The notes: a model not told the origin generated them from the sequence alone. Shown: positions 9,943-22,168, counted from the whole stretch's first letter. The stretch: DNA of 63,902 nucleotides, filler included, from 11 parts of 11 records of this genome joined end to end with filler, not necessarily neighbours in it, one strand, 5' to 3'. Numbers and translations: made by a program.

Positions 9943-11709
9943 ATGGCCCAGCTGGTGCTGGAGGAGGGCCGGCTGCCGGATCCAGCCAACGGGCGGCCCG
10001 GCAGGATCGAGCTGACGGATCCGCTCACCACGTTTGGCCGGTCTGACAGGCCTCTGAGCGCTGGAGCCCAGCACGTCAGACTGGACTCGCGGGGAGAGAT
10101 TAGTCGGCGTCACGCGAGCATCTCACGGGAGGAGGCCAACTGGACGGTGCGGGACGAGGGGAGCATGAACGGCGTGCTACTCAACGGAGTCCGGGTGGAG
10201 CAGGCAGGCCTGAACCACGGGGACCTGATCAGCTTTGGTGGGTGCGGGCGGGTGAAGGACGGCAGCATGGCCCTGCCGATAGGCGGGCGCCATCCGAGCC
10301 CGGATAAAATCGTGCTGGTGTACCGGTTCGAGGTCCGCTCGGCCGAGCAGCCGCCGGCCAAACGGCGCCGGCACGCACCTCCGGAGGAGTCGGTCGCCAC
10401 CTCGCACCTGGCCGCTCAGCCGGGGGAGCGGGAGCGGTCAATGATGGAGCGGGAGGCGGCGTTGAGGAAGCTCGCAGCCGACCAGGAGGAGGCGCGCAAG
10501 CAGCTTCAGCAGAGGGAGGCCGAGCTCGCCCGGCGCGAGGCCGGTAGCACAGGCGGGGCTGCGGCGATGGCTGAGGAGATGGCTGACGCTGAGCTCAAGT
10601 GCAGCATTTGCTTTGAACCGATGGCGTGTGCGCACCTGTTGGGGTGCGGGCATCAGTTTTGCTACCTGTGCATCCGGAATTGGCTAGACACAGCAGGACG
10701 CAGCGTCAAGGGCTGCCCAGAATGCAGGGAGCCGGTGAGATCCGAGCCAGTGCCAGTCGTGGCTACAGACCAGATGGTCGAGCGCGTGATGGCCCTCCGG
10801 CCTGAGGAGGAGCGAGCCGACTGGCGTGCACGCGTCGAGGAGGGCAAGAAAAAGCGGAAGAGTGCAGAGGCCGCTAGGACCGCCAGTAAGGCCAATAGGA
10901 CAGCTGAGAGTAGCCAGTTGTCCAGCTGGGCGCAGTCGATGGGTATGGGTACCACATTTTTAAGAAGACTGCTTGGGTCACCAAATCAGCCGCCACCCCC
11001 AAGCCGGCTGGGTTCACTGATCTCGCTGCATCAAGCTCGAGCCAACCGGCTTGGTCTTCAATCTCATCCGCGGCATCAGGCTGCGGATCTTCAAGTTTCA
11101 GTCGAAGAGCAGGAGGAGCAGGAAACGGTGGACCAAGAAGGGAATTTGGTGGCGATCCCACGATCGGGCTTCATCGTGGAGTATGCGAGATCCGGCCGGG
11201 CGCGTTGCAGGAAGTGCGGTGGGCAGATAGCAACTGCCCAGTTGAGGATAGGGGCAATGACAGCCCACCACCCGTTCCCGCCTTGTGTACCGGCCTGGTT
11301 TCACCCAGCCTGTCTGCTGCCACAGATGAGAGCACGCGGCGTGCGAGTGGATCAGATTAGAGGGCTCGATGCACTGAGTCCTGCCGATCAGCACTTGATC
11401 AGGCGTAGTTTGACGATAGCAGATCAGCCAATACCAGGGTCGGAACCTATTGTGTTGGAACCCAGCTTGCCTGAGACCGAAGAGGCGAGCAATCGGCGCG
11501 CGGCTGTCGAGCATGTCTACGCCGAGTCGTCGGAGAGTGAGCCGAATGAGGCCGAACTGGCCGGCCGACCGAGACAGAGCAGTGCCGGCGGGGTGATTGT
11601 ACTCAGCAGTGGCGGCGAAAGTGAGGATGAAGAGGATGAAGAGGATGAAGAGGACGAAGAGGATGACGATAGCGAAGACGAAGAGGATGAGGAGGCTGTC
11701 TATCGATAG
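9943..11709 (+). CDS. FHA + C3HC4 RING + PARP-type zinc finger E3 ligase (RNF8/CHFR-like) with SIM-like acidic tail; intronless
   Basis: FHA: FGR...ISRRHA...SMNGVLLNG...GDLISFG. RING: CSIC...CGHQFCYLC...CPECR. zf-PARP: VEYARSGRARCRKC...LRIG...WFHPAC...IRGLDALSPADQ. Confidence 0.9.
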   Translation: MAQLVLEEGRLPDPANGRPGRIELTDPLTTFGRSDRPLSAGAQHVRLDSRGEISRRHASISREEANWTVRDEGSMNGVLLNGVRVEQAGLNHGDLISFGGCGRVKDGSMALPIGGRHPSPDKIVLVYRFEVRSAEQPPAKRRRHAPPEESVATSHLAAQPGERERSMMEREAALRKLAADQEEARKQLQQREAELARREAGSTGGAAAMAEEMADAELKCSICFEPMACAHLLGCGHQFCYLCIRNWLDTAGRSVKGCPECREPVRSEPVPVVATDQMVERVMALRPEEERADWRARVEEGKKKRKSAEAARTASKANRTAESSQLSSWAQSMGMGTTFLRRLLGSPNQPPPPSRLGSLISLHQARANRLGLQSHPRHQAADLQVSVEEQEEQETVDQEGNLVAIPRSGFIVEYARSGRARCRKCGGQIATAQLRIGAMTAHHPFPPCVPAWFHPACLLPQMRARGVRVDQIRGLDALSPADQHLIRRSLTIADQPIPGSEPIVLEPSLPETEEASNRRAAVEHVYAESSESEPNEAELAGRPRQSSAGGVIVLSSGGESEDEEDEEDEEDEEDDDSEDEEDEEAVYR

Positions 11710-11995
11710 TGTATCGATAGTGCGATAGTGCACACGTGTCAATAACGTGTCAAGACGTATAATTTTTAATTTAAAGACGTATTTGTTGTACATAATGTTA
11801 CGTAAGTTCTAGTAAGTTCTTACAGGTGGCGGTGGATGTTGATCATTTACAGGTAGATACTAAGTCTTGTACGTATAGTATTAGAACTAATCTCTGAGTT
11901 TGATCGAATATACAATTATATTGCTTGCATGCATGAATTTGTCCATTAGACGATTGTTTCTAAAGACATAATTTAGACAGTTGTTCATGAATCCC

Positions 11996-12317
11996 TTACT
12001 TTCCTTCTTGCTGAGCCATCATTGCCTCGACTTGAGCCATCATCCGGGCTTGCAAGTCTTCCACACTGGCACCAGCCAGTCCGTCCTCCGCTTGGCTTTC
12101 CAATGCCGCCACTCGAGCCTCTTCCTCTTGCGCCTGCTCTTCAATAGCTTGTCTATCCTCAGCTGCCCGCTTGGCCTCCTCCTGGGCCTGGCGCTCGGCC
12201 TCCTCCTTGGTCGCCTTCTCCGCCTCTTGCTCTGCTACTGCGGCCTCTTCCCTTGCAGCTTGTGCTTTTGCTTCGATTGCAGCGTTCTCAGCCTCCTGCT
12301 TGGCTGCCTGCTCTGCA
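11996..12317 (-). CDS. C-terminal fragment of an E/A/Q-rich coiled-coil protein
   Basis: Frame open from the contig edge (AEQAAKQEAENAA...MMAQQEGK) to TAA at 11996-11998. Confidence 0.65.
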
Positions 12318-12417
12318 NNNNNNNNNNNNNNNNNNNNNNNNNNNNNNNNNNNNNNNNNNNNTTAATTAATTAANNNNNNNNNNNNNNNNNNNNNNNNNNN
12401 NNNNNNNNNNNNNNNNN

Positions 12418-12918
12418 TCCTCCGCCGCCTCCTCCGCCGCCTCCTCCCGTGGCTTTCGCCTCTTCAGCGGCTTTCCGGCCCGCCGCCTCTTTTTGCGATC
12501 TGATTCCTCCTCCGGCGCTGGAGGGTCTGCCGGGGCCGCCGCCGCTGCTGCTGCCTCCTCTGCAAGTTTCGCTTCTCGAGCCCTCTTGCGCTTGGCAGCC
12601 TTGCCGCCTCGCTTCTTCTTCGGACCGGCCGCCACGGGCTCGGCAGCCGGATCGCCCTGCCCCCTGTGTGGGCCAGCTCGGCCGGCCAGGGGGCACCAGC
12701 CACTTGACCCGGGCCTCGGCCTGCTTGCGGGCCAGAGACTGCCGGAGCTGTTCGCCGAGCGGCGCCGACACGCTCTTGTCCGACACCAGCCGCACCGCGC
12801 CTGCCACAGCTCCCGGCTGGCCGCAGCCCGGCCCACCGAGGTCGTCCGGGTGCGGGCTGCTGTCGGCCGGCTCCTCGGCCGGCTCCTCGCTCTTGCCCTT
12901 CTTCTTCTTCGGCTTCAT
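12418..12918 (-). CDS. K/R-rich low-complexity protein, probably nuclear or nucleolar (3' truncated, 2 tiny introns)
   Basis: MKPKKKKGK...KKKRGGKAAKRKRAREAK after removing 36- and 40-nt GT-AG introns. Confidence 0.6.
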
Positions 12919-12988
12919 CTCGCTGGAGCACCGGTCGAGCAGCGTTCAACAACGGATTCTGGACCGAGCATCCGGAGCTTTGGGGCAC

Positions 12989-14080
12989 ATGTCGGCGGCG
13001 ATCCAGACCCCGTTGAACGCGCTGCTCGGGACACGTTACCCGCTGATGGTGGCCGGGATGGGCGGGGTGACCATGCACCAGCTCACTGCAGCCGCCTCCA
13101 ACTGCGGGGCGATCGGCACCCTGGGAGCCATAGGGCTGTCCACGGCCGGGCTCCGGCAGGAGATCCATAGCCTCAAGAGGCTGCTCGCCCCGGGGGCGCC
13201 GTGGGGTGTGGACCTGCTGCTGCCCCAGCTGGGCGGCCGGGCGCGCAAGACCAACACCGACTACACGGGTGGCCAGCTGGAGGCCATCGTCGAGCTGCTG
13301 GTCGAGGAGAGACCCACCGTGTTTGTGTGCGCCGTAGGGGTGCCGCCCCGCTGGGTAAGTGACCGGCTGCACGCGGCTGGGGTGGTGGTTATGAATATGG
13401 TCGGTGCACCGAATCACGTCCCAAAGGCGCTGGCAGCCGGCGTGGACGTGATATGCGCCCAGGGCACCGAGGCCGGCGGTCACACTGGGGACATCGCCAC
13501 CCTGGTGCTGGTGCCGCAGTGCGTCGACCTGGTAAAGGGCAAGACCAACCACTTTGGCGGCGATGTGCTCGTTGTGGCGGCTGGAGGGATCGTGGATGGC
13601 CGAGGGCTTGCCGCAGCACTCGCGCTTGGTGCCGCCGGCTGCTGGTGCGGCACTCGGTTCCTTCTGTCGCCCGAGGCCAACGCTCCTAGCAACTACAAGC
13701 AGTTGATGCTCGGAGCCGGGAGCGCGGACACCCAGCGGTCACTGATTTACAGCGGCAGGCCGATGCGTGTCTATCGGAATAAGAAAGTTCAAGAATGGGA
13801 GGGCGAGCGCGTGCAGGAGCAGAGGGAGCTGCTGGCCGGCGGCAAGGTGCCCATGCTGTGGGAGGCTGCCCAGGCCGGGACCGGCCGGACTTACGTGCCG
13901 CCGGCGATGCCGATCGACGCGCGGCCGATTGAGTTGGATCTGGATTCGGAGGGCTTACCCATGGGACAAGGGGTGGGTGCAGTGCGCAAGATCATGCCTG
14001 CGGCCGAGATTGTTCGGGAGATGATTCAAGAGGCCGTGCAGGTGCTCGCTCACGGTGCCACGCTGGTCGCCAAACTTTGA
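12989..14080 (+). CDS. Nitronate monooxygenase / 2-nitropropane dioxygenase family flavoprotein; intronless
   Basis: YPLMVAGMGGV...DVICAQGTEAGGHTG...VVAAGGIVDGRGLAAALALGAAGCWCGTRF...MGQGVG. Confidence 0.92.
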   Translation: MSAAIQTPLNALLGTRYPLMVAGMGGVTMHQLTAAASNCGAIGTLGAIGLSTAGLRQEIHSLKRLLAPGAPWGVDLLLPQLGGRARKTNTDYTGGQLEAIVELLVEERPTVFVCAVGVPPRWVSDRLHAAGVVVMNMVGAPNHVPKALAAGVDVICAQGTEAGGHTGDIATLVLVPQCVDLVKGKTNHFGGDVLVVAAGGIVDGRGLAAALALGAAGCWCGTRFLLSPEANAPSNYKQLMLGAGSADTQRSLIYSGRPMRVYRNKKVQEWEGERVQEQRELLAGGKVPMLWEAAQAGTGRTYVPPAMPIDARPIELDLDSEGLPMGQGVGAVRKIMPAAEIVREMIQEAVQVLAHGATLVAKL

Positions 14081-14309
14081 ATTCGGTTCAGTTTGTGAAA
14101 TGAAATGTGAATTGAGAATATTTTAACAGTAACACGATACAGAATTTACCGGAGCATCGACTTACTTGTAAAGAATTGACGAGCCCTGGTGATATCCTCC
14201 CTACATGGAGGAAGCCGCCTTTACGCTACGTATCTAGCCTATATCTAGCCTCCACCTAACAATCGAGTTCCGCGAGTTCGTACTCATAGGCATCGGCACC
14301 GGTCCCTTT

Positions 14310-15095
14310 TTATCCTTGGATTGCGGCCGACACATCAAAATCCGGATCTACCAGCGCTGGCCGAATCACTGCCTCTAGATCCCGCTGGAGTGTCGCCTTG
14401 ATCGACTGTGTGCTGGCTGCATGAACCGCATAACTCATCCCAGCCTCGGGCTCAGCCGCCAGCAGATTGGGGCTGGTGGCCCGGACCAGATAGGGGGTGT
14501 GCTTGTTGGCCGGCCGATCGCCCTCCACCGGCAGCCCGACAAAGGCGTACAATAGAACGTTCAGCCTGTTGGGCGCTACCAGTAGCAGGTGCTTGGGCTG
14601 ATGGAAGGCCGGAGGCCATCCTTGCTGCTCTCCAGCTAGTTTAAGCCCCAATTCAAACCCAGCCGACACGCTCAGCCAGCGGAGCAACTGGACTGGATCG
14701 ATCGCCCCGGGCTCGGCCCCCGTGACCACAGCCACCTGTCGGACGATCCGCCCCAGCTCACCAGCGGCAGCACCCCCGTCGGCAGCGGTCCAGCTTTCCG
14801 GGGTCTCGATGTACTGGGCAACGGGCTCGATGGTGGCCCGACCATCCCTGAGCGAACACAGCAGCAGATCGGCGTCCGGGTCCTGCTCCCGCTGCTTGTT
14901 GGCCTGGATAGTGAAGAGCCGCCCAAAGTCCCTCCGGGCCTCTTCTGGGCTCACTACCGGCTGGGCGGCCAGACGGCCAGAGCAGAGCCGCCGCCGAGAA
15001 GGACGTTGCCACCGGAGCAGCAGTAGCGCCGAGCCGGCCAGCACGACCAGGGTGGCCAGGGCCGCGGCCGGGCTGGCACTGATGACGGCTCCCAT
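14310..15095 (-). CDS. Hypothetical protein with N-terminal membrane anchor
   Basis: 261-aa ORF with hydrophobic N-terminus (AALATLVVLAGSALLLL) followed by basic residues; divergent from the next gene. Confidence 0.6.
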   Translation of the reverse strand: MGAVISASPAAALATLVVLAGSALLLLRWQRPSRRRLCSGRLAAQPVVSPEEARRDFGRLFTIQANKQREQDPDADLLLCSLRDGRATIEPVAQYIETPESWTAADGGAAAGELGRIVRQVAVVTGAEPGAIDPVQLLRWLSVSAGFELGLKLAGEQQGWPPAFHQPKHLLLVAPNRLNVLLYAFVGLPVEGDRPANKHTPYLVRATSPNLLAAEPEAGMSYAVHAASTQSIKATLQRDLEAVIRPALVDPDFDVSAAIQG

Positions 15096-15156
15096 TGTTT
15101 TTTATAACGGACGACCGACCGGCTCGGCGGCTCAAACCCTCCGGCGAGTGAGCGGG

Positions 15157-17940
15157 ATGGATCCGAGCGATGCCATGGCTTGGCTGAGCGGCGCTGAGGG
15201 CAAGGCTGTGGCCGACCTGCTTTCACGCAGCCCGGACGGCGCGTCGGTATCCCCCGAGCGGCGGGAGGCGGCCTTCTCTTTCCTGTCGGACGATAAGGAG
15301 GCCAAGCCGGCGGTGATCTCGCTGCCCTCCACCACCCCGACCTTGTTCAGCGTGCGCTCCGAGCCTCCGATCCACCTGGTCTCCAAGCCGTTCACGATCG
15401 GCAACGAGGGCAAGGACAGCACCCCGCCCGCGGCCACCAGCCAGGAGGAGGAGGAAACCGCCCTGTTCGTGGCCACTGAGAAGGAGGCCGTGGAGGAGAC
15501 GGCCCGCGGGCTGGAGCACAGCAGCCCGGGGAGCCTGGCCGCGATCGAGCGGGAGCGCCTGCTCTCCAAGTACGCTACCATCTCCTCCGGGGAACGCGAC
15601 GAGCTGGATTTCTGCCCCTCTTTGGAGGCCTCCCAGCTGATGGACAAGTACGCGCCCAAGGCCGAGCCGGACAGTCAGCCGTCAGTCCGGTCGCCTAGCT
15701 TCCTGGAGAAGGAGGAGGCCGAGCTAGCCCGGCTCAAGCAGCAGGTGGCCGGACTGAGCCCAGACCCCGAGGCAGACAGTTGGGCAGCGAGGGAGGCCAC
15801 GGCCAAGGCCAGGGTGGCGGAGCGGCTGACCAGCCAGAAAGCGGAGGTGAAGGCCGAGCTTTTCCCCGAGAGGGCACCCCCTAAGAGCCCCACCAAAACC
15901 GTGAGCTTTGCCGAAACGGCGCCGGTTGCTGCAGCCGAGCCGATCTCACCATCCGCCCTGGCTCGGGCGTTTGGGAAGCCGATTCCGAGCGCGTTCCAGT
16001 TGATAGACGCGGCGATCGATGGGGACATGGACGAGCTTCAGAGACTGCTCGAGCTGAATGCGGATGTGAATTCTCAGGATTCTTCAGGCGACACGGCATT
16101 GCTCGGGGCGTGCTACAACGGCAGCGAGCCTGTAGTAGTCCAGTTGCTGCTACAGGCCGCGGCCGACCCCAACATCACCAACAAGTACGGCGACACTGCG
16201 CTCCAGGCGGTTGGGGCCGACGGCAATCCCCTGGTGAGTACTTGCAGCCGTGGCCGGACTGATCGTTCTCAGGTGCTCCGACTGTTGCTGGCTGCCGGAG
16301 CTATCCAACCAGCTCCCGAACCAGTCAAGCCGGTGCTCGCCGAGCCAGTCAAGCCAACGGCAGTGCAGCCAGTCAGGCCTGCGGCTGCCGAGCCAGCGAA
16401 GCCTGCTGCTGTGGTCGCTCCCACTGCGTACGAAGCCGAGACCTTGAGTGGAGGCGATTCAGCGCTGATGAAGGCAGAGCTCAAGCACGCCAAGGCGCGC
16501 CGTGCCTGGGCCAGCGGTGACAGGTGGGGCTGCAGGTGCAGGCGGAGCAGCAGGCGGGCAAGGTGAAGCAGCTCGAGAAGCAGCTGGTTTCTATGCAGAT
16601 GCAGCTCGATGGAGCCGTCCCAGCCAGCCCTGGCAAGGTCGGCCGGCTGGAGAAGGCGCTCGAGGAGTGCCAGAACCAGCTGGCCGCGTCCCAGCAGCAG
16701 GCGGAGCAGTTGATGGAGGGGATGGTCCGTGCGGAAGAGAATGCAGCGATGCAGGAGGAGGCGCTAGTCAAGATGCAGCACAAGATCAAGGTGCTTGACG
16801 GCTCGTCGATCTCGCACACCCAGCTCGACAAGGGCAAGTCCGAGCAGGTGGACCGGCTCAAGAACGAGCTGGCCCAGGCCAACAGGCAGCTTGCCGACCA
16901 GGAGGTGTGGGGCCCCCCGAAGCGGCTGAGCGGTTCGCAGCGGCTCGAGAGGCAGCTGGAGCAGAAGGACAGGAGGCTGGCCAAGCTGGAGCAGCAGCTC
17001 TCGCCGTCTAAAGAGCAGGTGGACTCGAAGGAGCTGGCTAGGCTCAAGGTGGCCGGCCGGGCTGGGCCGGCTGAGGAGGGAGTGCCAGTCGAAGGTTGAG
17101 GAGTTGGTGGCTGAGAACGAAGCACTCAAAGCTAAGCACAAGAGCGAGGCGAGCGGCAGGCCAGTCAGCGGCGAGCTTGTGGCAGGCGGCGAACATGATG
17201 GCCGAGATCCGAGGCCTGAACCGAGAGCTCAAGACTAAGCAGGGGGCGGCGCAATCACCCAGCAACGCGAGCTCCCCGACCAAGGCTGCTACCAAGGAGT
17301 CTCCACGCAGCCCCAGCTCCAAGCCACTGGCACAGAAAATTGCCGAGGAGGCGGCCGCTACCAAGAAGTCCCCACGCAGCCAGTCCAGGCCGAGCCCACA
17401 GGTCAGTCCGAGTGGCAGGCCTGCTTGAGATCGGGCTGCAGGCGCCCAACTCGCCGGCGAGCGATCCTCTAGTCCGAGCTGGCTTCACCTCCGGGTTCAC
17501 CTCGTCCCCTGCCAAGCAGAGCTCTCCACGCTCCCCTGAGAAAGCTGCGCCCAAGCAAAAGGCGCAAGAGGATCCTCTGGCTGCACCAGCCGCTTCTGGA
17601 GCCAGCACACCGGTCTTGTCGACTCGGGCCAAGGTCGAGATTAGGCCGTGCCGATCCGAGTCGGGGTAGGTGCGCTCAATGGACACGGATCAGTTGTGTG
17701 AGTGGTTGGTCTCTCTCAAATTCACAAAACCGTCAATCGCAGCGTTTAAAAAGCGTGCGGTAAATGGCAGGCGCGAGGTGGCGGTTCTAGTCGAGGGGGC
17801 AGGTGACTGGGGCGAACGTTGTGGCGTGGAAGGACGAAGGACAGTTCAATGATTTCGATAAGTGGACAAGAGATCACGACGACTTATGCCTGACACGGCT
17901 GCACACCATGAGACTGTCCAACAGGCTGGAGAAGTATTGA
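15157..17940 (+). CDS. Ankyrin-repeat + coiled-coil + C-terminal SAM-like protein; 8 introns (2 GC-AG)
   Basis: Ankyrin: LIDAAIDGD...ADVNSQDSSGDTALLGACYNG...ADPNITNKYGDTAL. SAM-like: MDTDQLCEWLVSLKF...AFKKRAVTG...RLSNRLEKY*. Introns include 16234-16272, 16495-16535, 16905-16940, 17049-17088, 17149-17185 and 17760-17802. Confidence 0.78.
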
Positions 17941-18277
17941 TCGCCGGGCATAAGTCGTCGCGATCGCCTGCCACTTCCGAATGCTGTCAACTGCGTTCAT
18001 CAATTATAGTTGTTCACCGTAAGTTCTACCCCGATAGATACGCCTGAGTTCTAGCCTTCAATGACGAGTTCATTACGTCCTGTACGTAAGTGCTCACTGG
18101 CGCTCCGAGGCTAAAACAATTTTTGTGATTAGTTTGGGTTACATTCTTGAAGACGTAATAACGGTTATTCCATTTTANNNNNNNNNNNNNNNNNNNNNNN
18201 NNNNNNNNNNNNNNNNNNNNNTTAATTAATTAANNNNNNNNNNNNNNNNNNNNNNNNNNNNNNNNNNNNNNNNNNNN

Positions 18278-21200
18278 TCGTGCTGTGTGCCATCCAACTG
18301 CCCGTTGCCTCTTGGCCCTCCTCGCGATCCTCGCCGCCTTCTTCTTGTTCCTGTCCCTCTGGTACTCCGGCAGCTACAGGTGGAGGTGCTCCCTTAAGGG
18401 CCACCTCTGACCGAATGAGAGCCACTTCCGCCTCTTGCAGCTCCGCATGGTCGTCATCCGCGATGCCAAGTATCTTACGCTTCAATGCGAGGGTGCGCGC
18501 CTGTATCTCTTCGCTTAAGTCGTTACCTTTGGCCTGGATCTGCTGATGCAACTCGCTTTGAATCAGCGCCAGTTCCTTGGCAGCCTCTTCCATTTGAGTG
18601 GCTACTGTGACATTGACAGCTTGCTGGCGCTGCTCAGCCTGCTGTTGCTGCCCCTGCAGCTCAGCCTTCAGCTCGGTCATATTGTTGTTCATCTGACCAG
18701 TGTGTGTAGTGATTGCCTTCTCTGTTTGCAACGCGTGGCCTGCCAACTGCCGGCCGTACTCTGCAAATGCGTCCTCAGTCTCCTGCTGGGTGCCTGTGAT
18801 CTCGTCTCTCAGCAAGGTGGTCTGCTCGTCGCGGGCCTCCTTTTGCTGCTCAACCAGCTCTTCAAGCCGCTGCACCTGCTGGGCTGGTTGTTCCATTGCC
18901 TCGTCCTTGACCACTTGCAGGCCTTTTTCCATCCGATTATGCAACATCTCAAACGCCTCAGCCACGACCTTCCGAGTCCCCTCGGCCTCCTCCTTCATCT
19001 CGGCCTCCAACTCCTTCTTCATCACATTGTGGGCCTCCACAAGCGATGCGTGGTCCTCTTTTAACCGCTTCTCGCGCTCAGCTGCTGCAGCCTCGCTAAG
19101 CCTGAGCTGCTCTGCGCTAGAATCTGCCACCTTTTTCACCTCTGCGAGGCACTCTTCGCGCAGGGAAGCCACAGCAGCATGCATCGCCACTGTGGCCGCG
19201 TCTGATTGAGATTGCACCTCGCCTCTCAGCTGCTTTACCTCGCCTCTGAGGTCTTCTTCCGTCATGAGCATCACATCCCGCAACTCTGAGACCTCCTTTG
19301 AGCGGACTGCAACCTGGCTCTCGAGGGCAGAGGCGCACTTGTTTTGAGTTTGCTTGACCTCGATCTGCATTGCGCCTCTCAGCTCATTGTAGTCCTGCTG
19401 CTCTTTCTCCGCTAGCTGCAACAGCTGGATCCCAAAGGTCTTCGTGGCCTCGTGCACTGCGAGCACAGATTCCTCGCACTCAAATGTCATCGCAGATACC
19501 AGCAGCTCCATCTCGTCCTTTTGCTCACTCTGCGCTCTCTGGTGCTCCTCGGATGCCTCGCTGATCTTGGCTTGCAGCACCGCCTGCATCTCCTCACGCT
19601 GCTCTGTGCCTCTCTCCTCCACTTGCCCGATCTCACCTCGCATCTCCTCGGCTTCTTTACGGTTTGCATCCTGCGCCGCCAGCAGCTTATTGTCCAGCGC
19701 CTCCCCGTGGTGCCGCATCTGCTCCTCAGCCGCAGCAGCCACCCCAGCCAGTCGGCCATACAAGTCTTCTTCCAGAAACAGCATCGTGTCGCCCAGCTTG
19801 GCTGCATTCAGCTCGACTGCCGCGTCTGTGCTCGACTCTACATCAGTCTTCATCTGCTTGAGGTCGTCTCGTACCTCCGCCACGTGCTGCCGCTGCTCCC
19901 ACAAGTCCTTTTCACGCTGCTGCTGCGTCTCGCCATTCATTGCCACAAGCCGCTCAGCGGTAAAGATCACATCTGTGCTCAGGCTGTCAAACCAGTCATG
20001 CCCTTGCTTTGCGAGAGCTTCGCACGCCGCCTCCGCCTCTGTCCTTACAGCAAGCAGCTCAGCAGAGCTCGCTGACGCTGTCTCGGCTGCCTCTTGTCGC
20101 ACCTGCTGGCCCAGCAGCTCGATATCGCCCCGCAAGACTGAGCAAGTGGCCTCGCTGGTCTCGGCCAGCAGCTGCATCCCCTGGTGGGTCTGCTCGCGCA
20201 GCTCCGTGGTGGCTGCCTGCGCGTGCTCGGCCTGCTCCTCTAGCCGCTTGCCTAGCCGCGCTTCGACTGCCTCATCAGCTGCCTGCAGCCGCGCCTCCTG
20301 CTCGCTGTCCTCTCCCTTGAGCATCAGCACCGCCTCCTCTAGCGCCTCCTGCCCCGCGCACACCCCAGCCTGCTGGGTCTCTACAAGCCCGTGCACAGCC
20401 GCCTCAGTCTCCTCCCGTCCAGCAGTGACCAGCCTCTCGATGTCATGTCGCACAGCCTCGAGCTGGCTGCGACCAGCCGCCTCCACCTCCTCCACGGCTG
20501 CCTCCAGCTGACTGCACGCCAGCGCCAACTTCCCCTCGAGCTCCTCGGTCGCGCGCATTGCATTGTCGCTCACTGTGTTGGCAGCTTCGAGTGTATCTCG
20601 CCTCACTGCCGTATCCTGGTCCTCCATATGCCGCCTCAACACAGCGAACTCGCGAGTGTGCCGCTGCTCCAGCTCATTATGCGCCTCAGCCCGCCGCTCG
20701 AAGTTGGCCTCGGTGCTGCTCACGATCTGGTCCAGCGCCCCATGGCACGAGGAGCGGACAGTGTTGATCAAATGGAAGAGCTGCCCTGCAAGGTCCTCCA
20801 GCCTGGCGGCCTCGAGCGTGGCGTTATGCTGTACCAACTGCCGGAGCTTGGCGATCGCCCCCTTGGTGGACGAGGAGGCGGCCTGCACCTTCTCCTCACA
20901 CGAGTTCTTGATTTGCTCTGTAGAGGCCGAATGAGCGCTCAACCGGTTCTGAACAGTGTCTCGCAGCGCTTTGACTGCCAGCGCGACTTTGTTGCTGTGC
21001 CGCTGAACTTTGGAGATGGCGCCGGTCTGCCCGCCTGCTGCGCTGAATTTCATCCCGGAGACTGCCTCCTCAATCTGACCCAACACACTCAGCACTTGTG
21101 CACAAACTGGATTCAGGCTGCACCTCCGCTAACGCCTTGGCTTTCTCGTTGCCGGACACGGCTTTGGCCTCATCAATCTGGGCGGCCAGCGTGGTGTGCG

Positions 21201-22168
21201 ATTGAGTGATCCGAGTCTCCATCGATCCTGCTTGCTTCCGGAGCTCCGCTATAGTCACCTGCACCTAGCTCAGCCCTCGCCGTGCAGCCGCTCACCTGCA
21301 GATCAGTGAGGGCCCGGAAGTTTGCGGCCTGGGACTCGGCGTTGTGCTGCACCACCCATTTCTTGACCTCCTCGCTGTTCGACCTCTGTGCATCGTCCGC
21401 TCTCACCAGCTTGGCCTCCAGCTTCTCAAGGTTGGCTCTAACGGTATCCGATACCCGGATCACCAGCCGCTCGGCCCCCTCCTGGGTCTCGTGCAGCCCC
21501 TTCTGCCGCGCCTTGACCTCTGCCCGCACAATCTGCTCCAGGTACTGTAAGTCCCTCTGCACAGACCTGCCGCGACCGGCTCAGCCACCGCCCGACCAGA
21601 GCAGCCACCTGACGCCCTGCTGCCCGTCCTTCTTGTCGGTCACATCCCCACGCGCATTCTCCTCCAGCTCCTTCTTGGTAAACTCTTCAAGACTTAACCG
21701 GTTGCTTCTCTCCTGCCGCAACGCATCCGACAGCGCCTCCATCGCCTCCTGGGTGCGGTCGCAACGGACGCTCAGCTCGCTGATCTTGCTCCCGGCCAGC
21801 TGTTTGTCGGTCTCGGCCTGGGTCTCCAGCCCAAGATGGCTGGTCTTGGCTCTGTCTTCGATGTCCACCACACGAGCCCGCAGCTCCTCGATCGAGGTGC
21901 GCACACTCATCTCGCTAGCGGCCCGCTTCTCAATGTCCGACCGGAGCACCGCGGACGAGTCGTCGGCGGTGCGGGCCACCTCGCTCAGCTTGAAGTCGAG
22001 CGATGAGGCCTTGCCGAGCATGTTCTCAGCCTCGCGCAGACGGCGCTCGATCTCGCTCATCTGCTGGGCCGATTGGGTGGAGAGGATCATTACCTGCGAA
22101 TTCACCCGCTGCAGAAGCTCCTCCATCCGCCGAGCCCGCTGCGGATCGCCCTCGGGCCCCGCCGACAT
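18278..22168 (-). CDS. Very long coiled-coil (cytoskeletal-type) protein, 3' truncated; 3 introns near the 5' end
   Basis: More than 1200 aa of E/Q/A/L heptad-rich sequence joined through GT-AG introns of 42, 37 and 49 nt. Confidence 0.75.
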
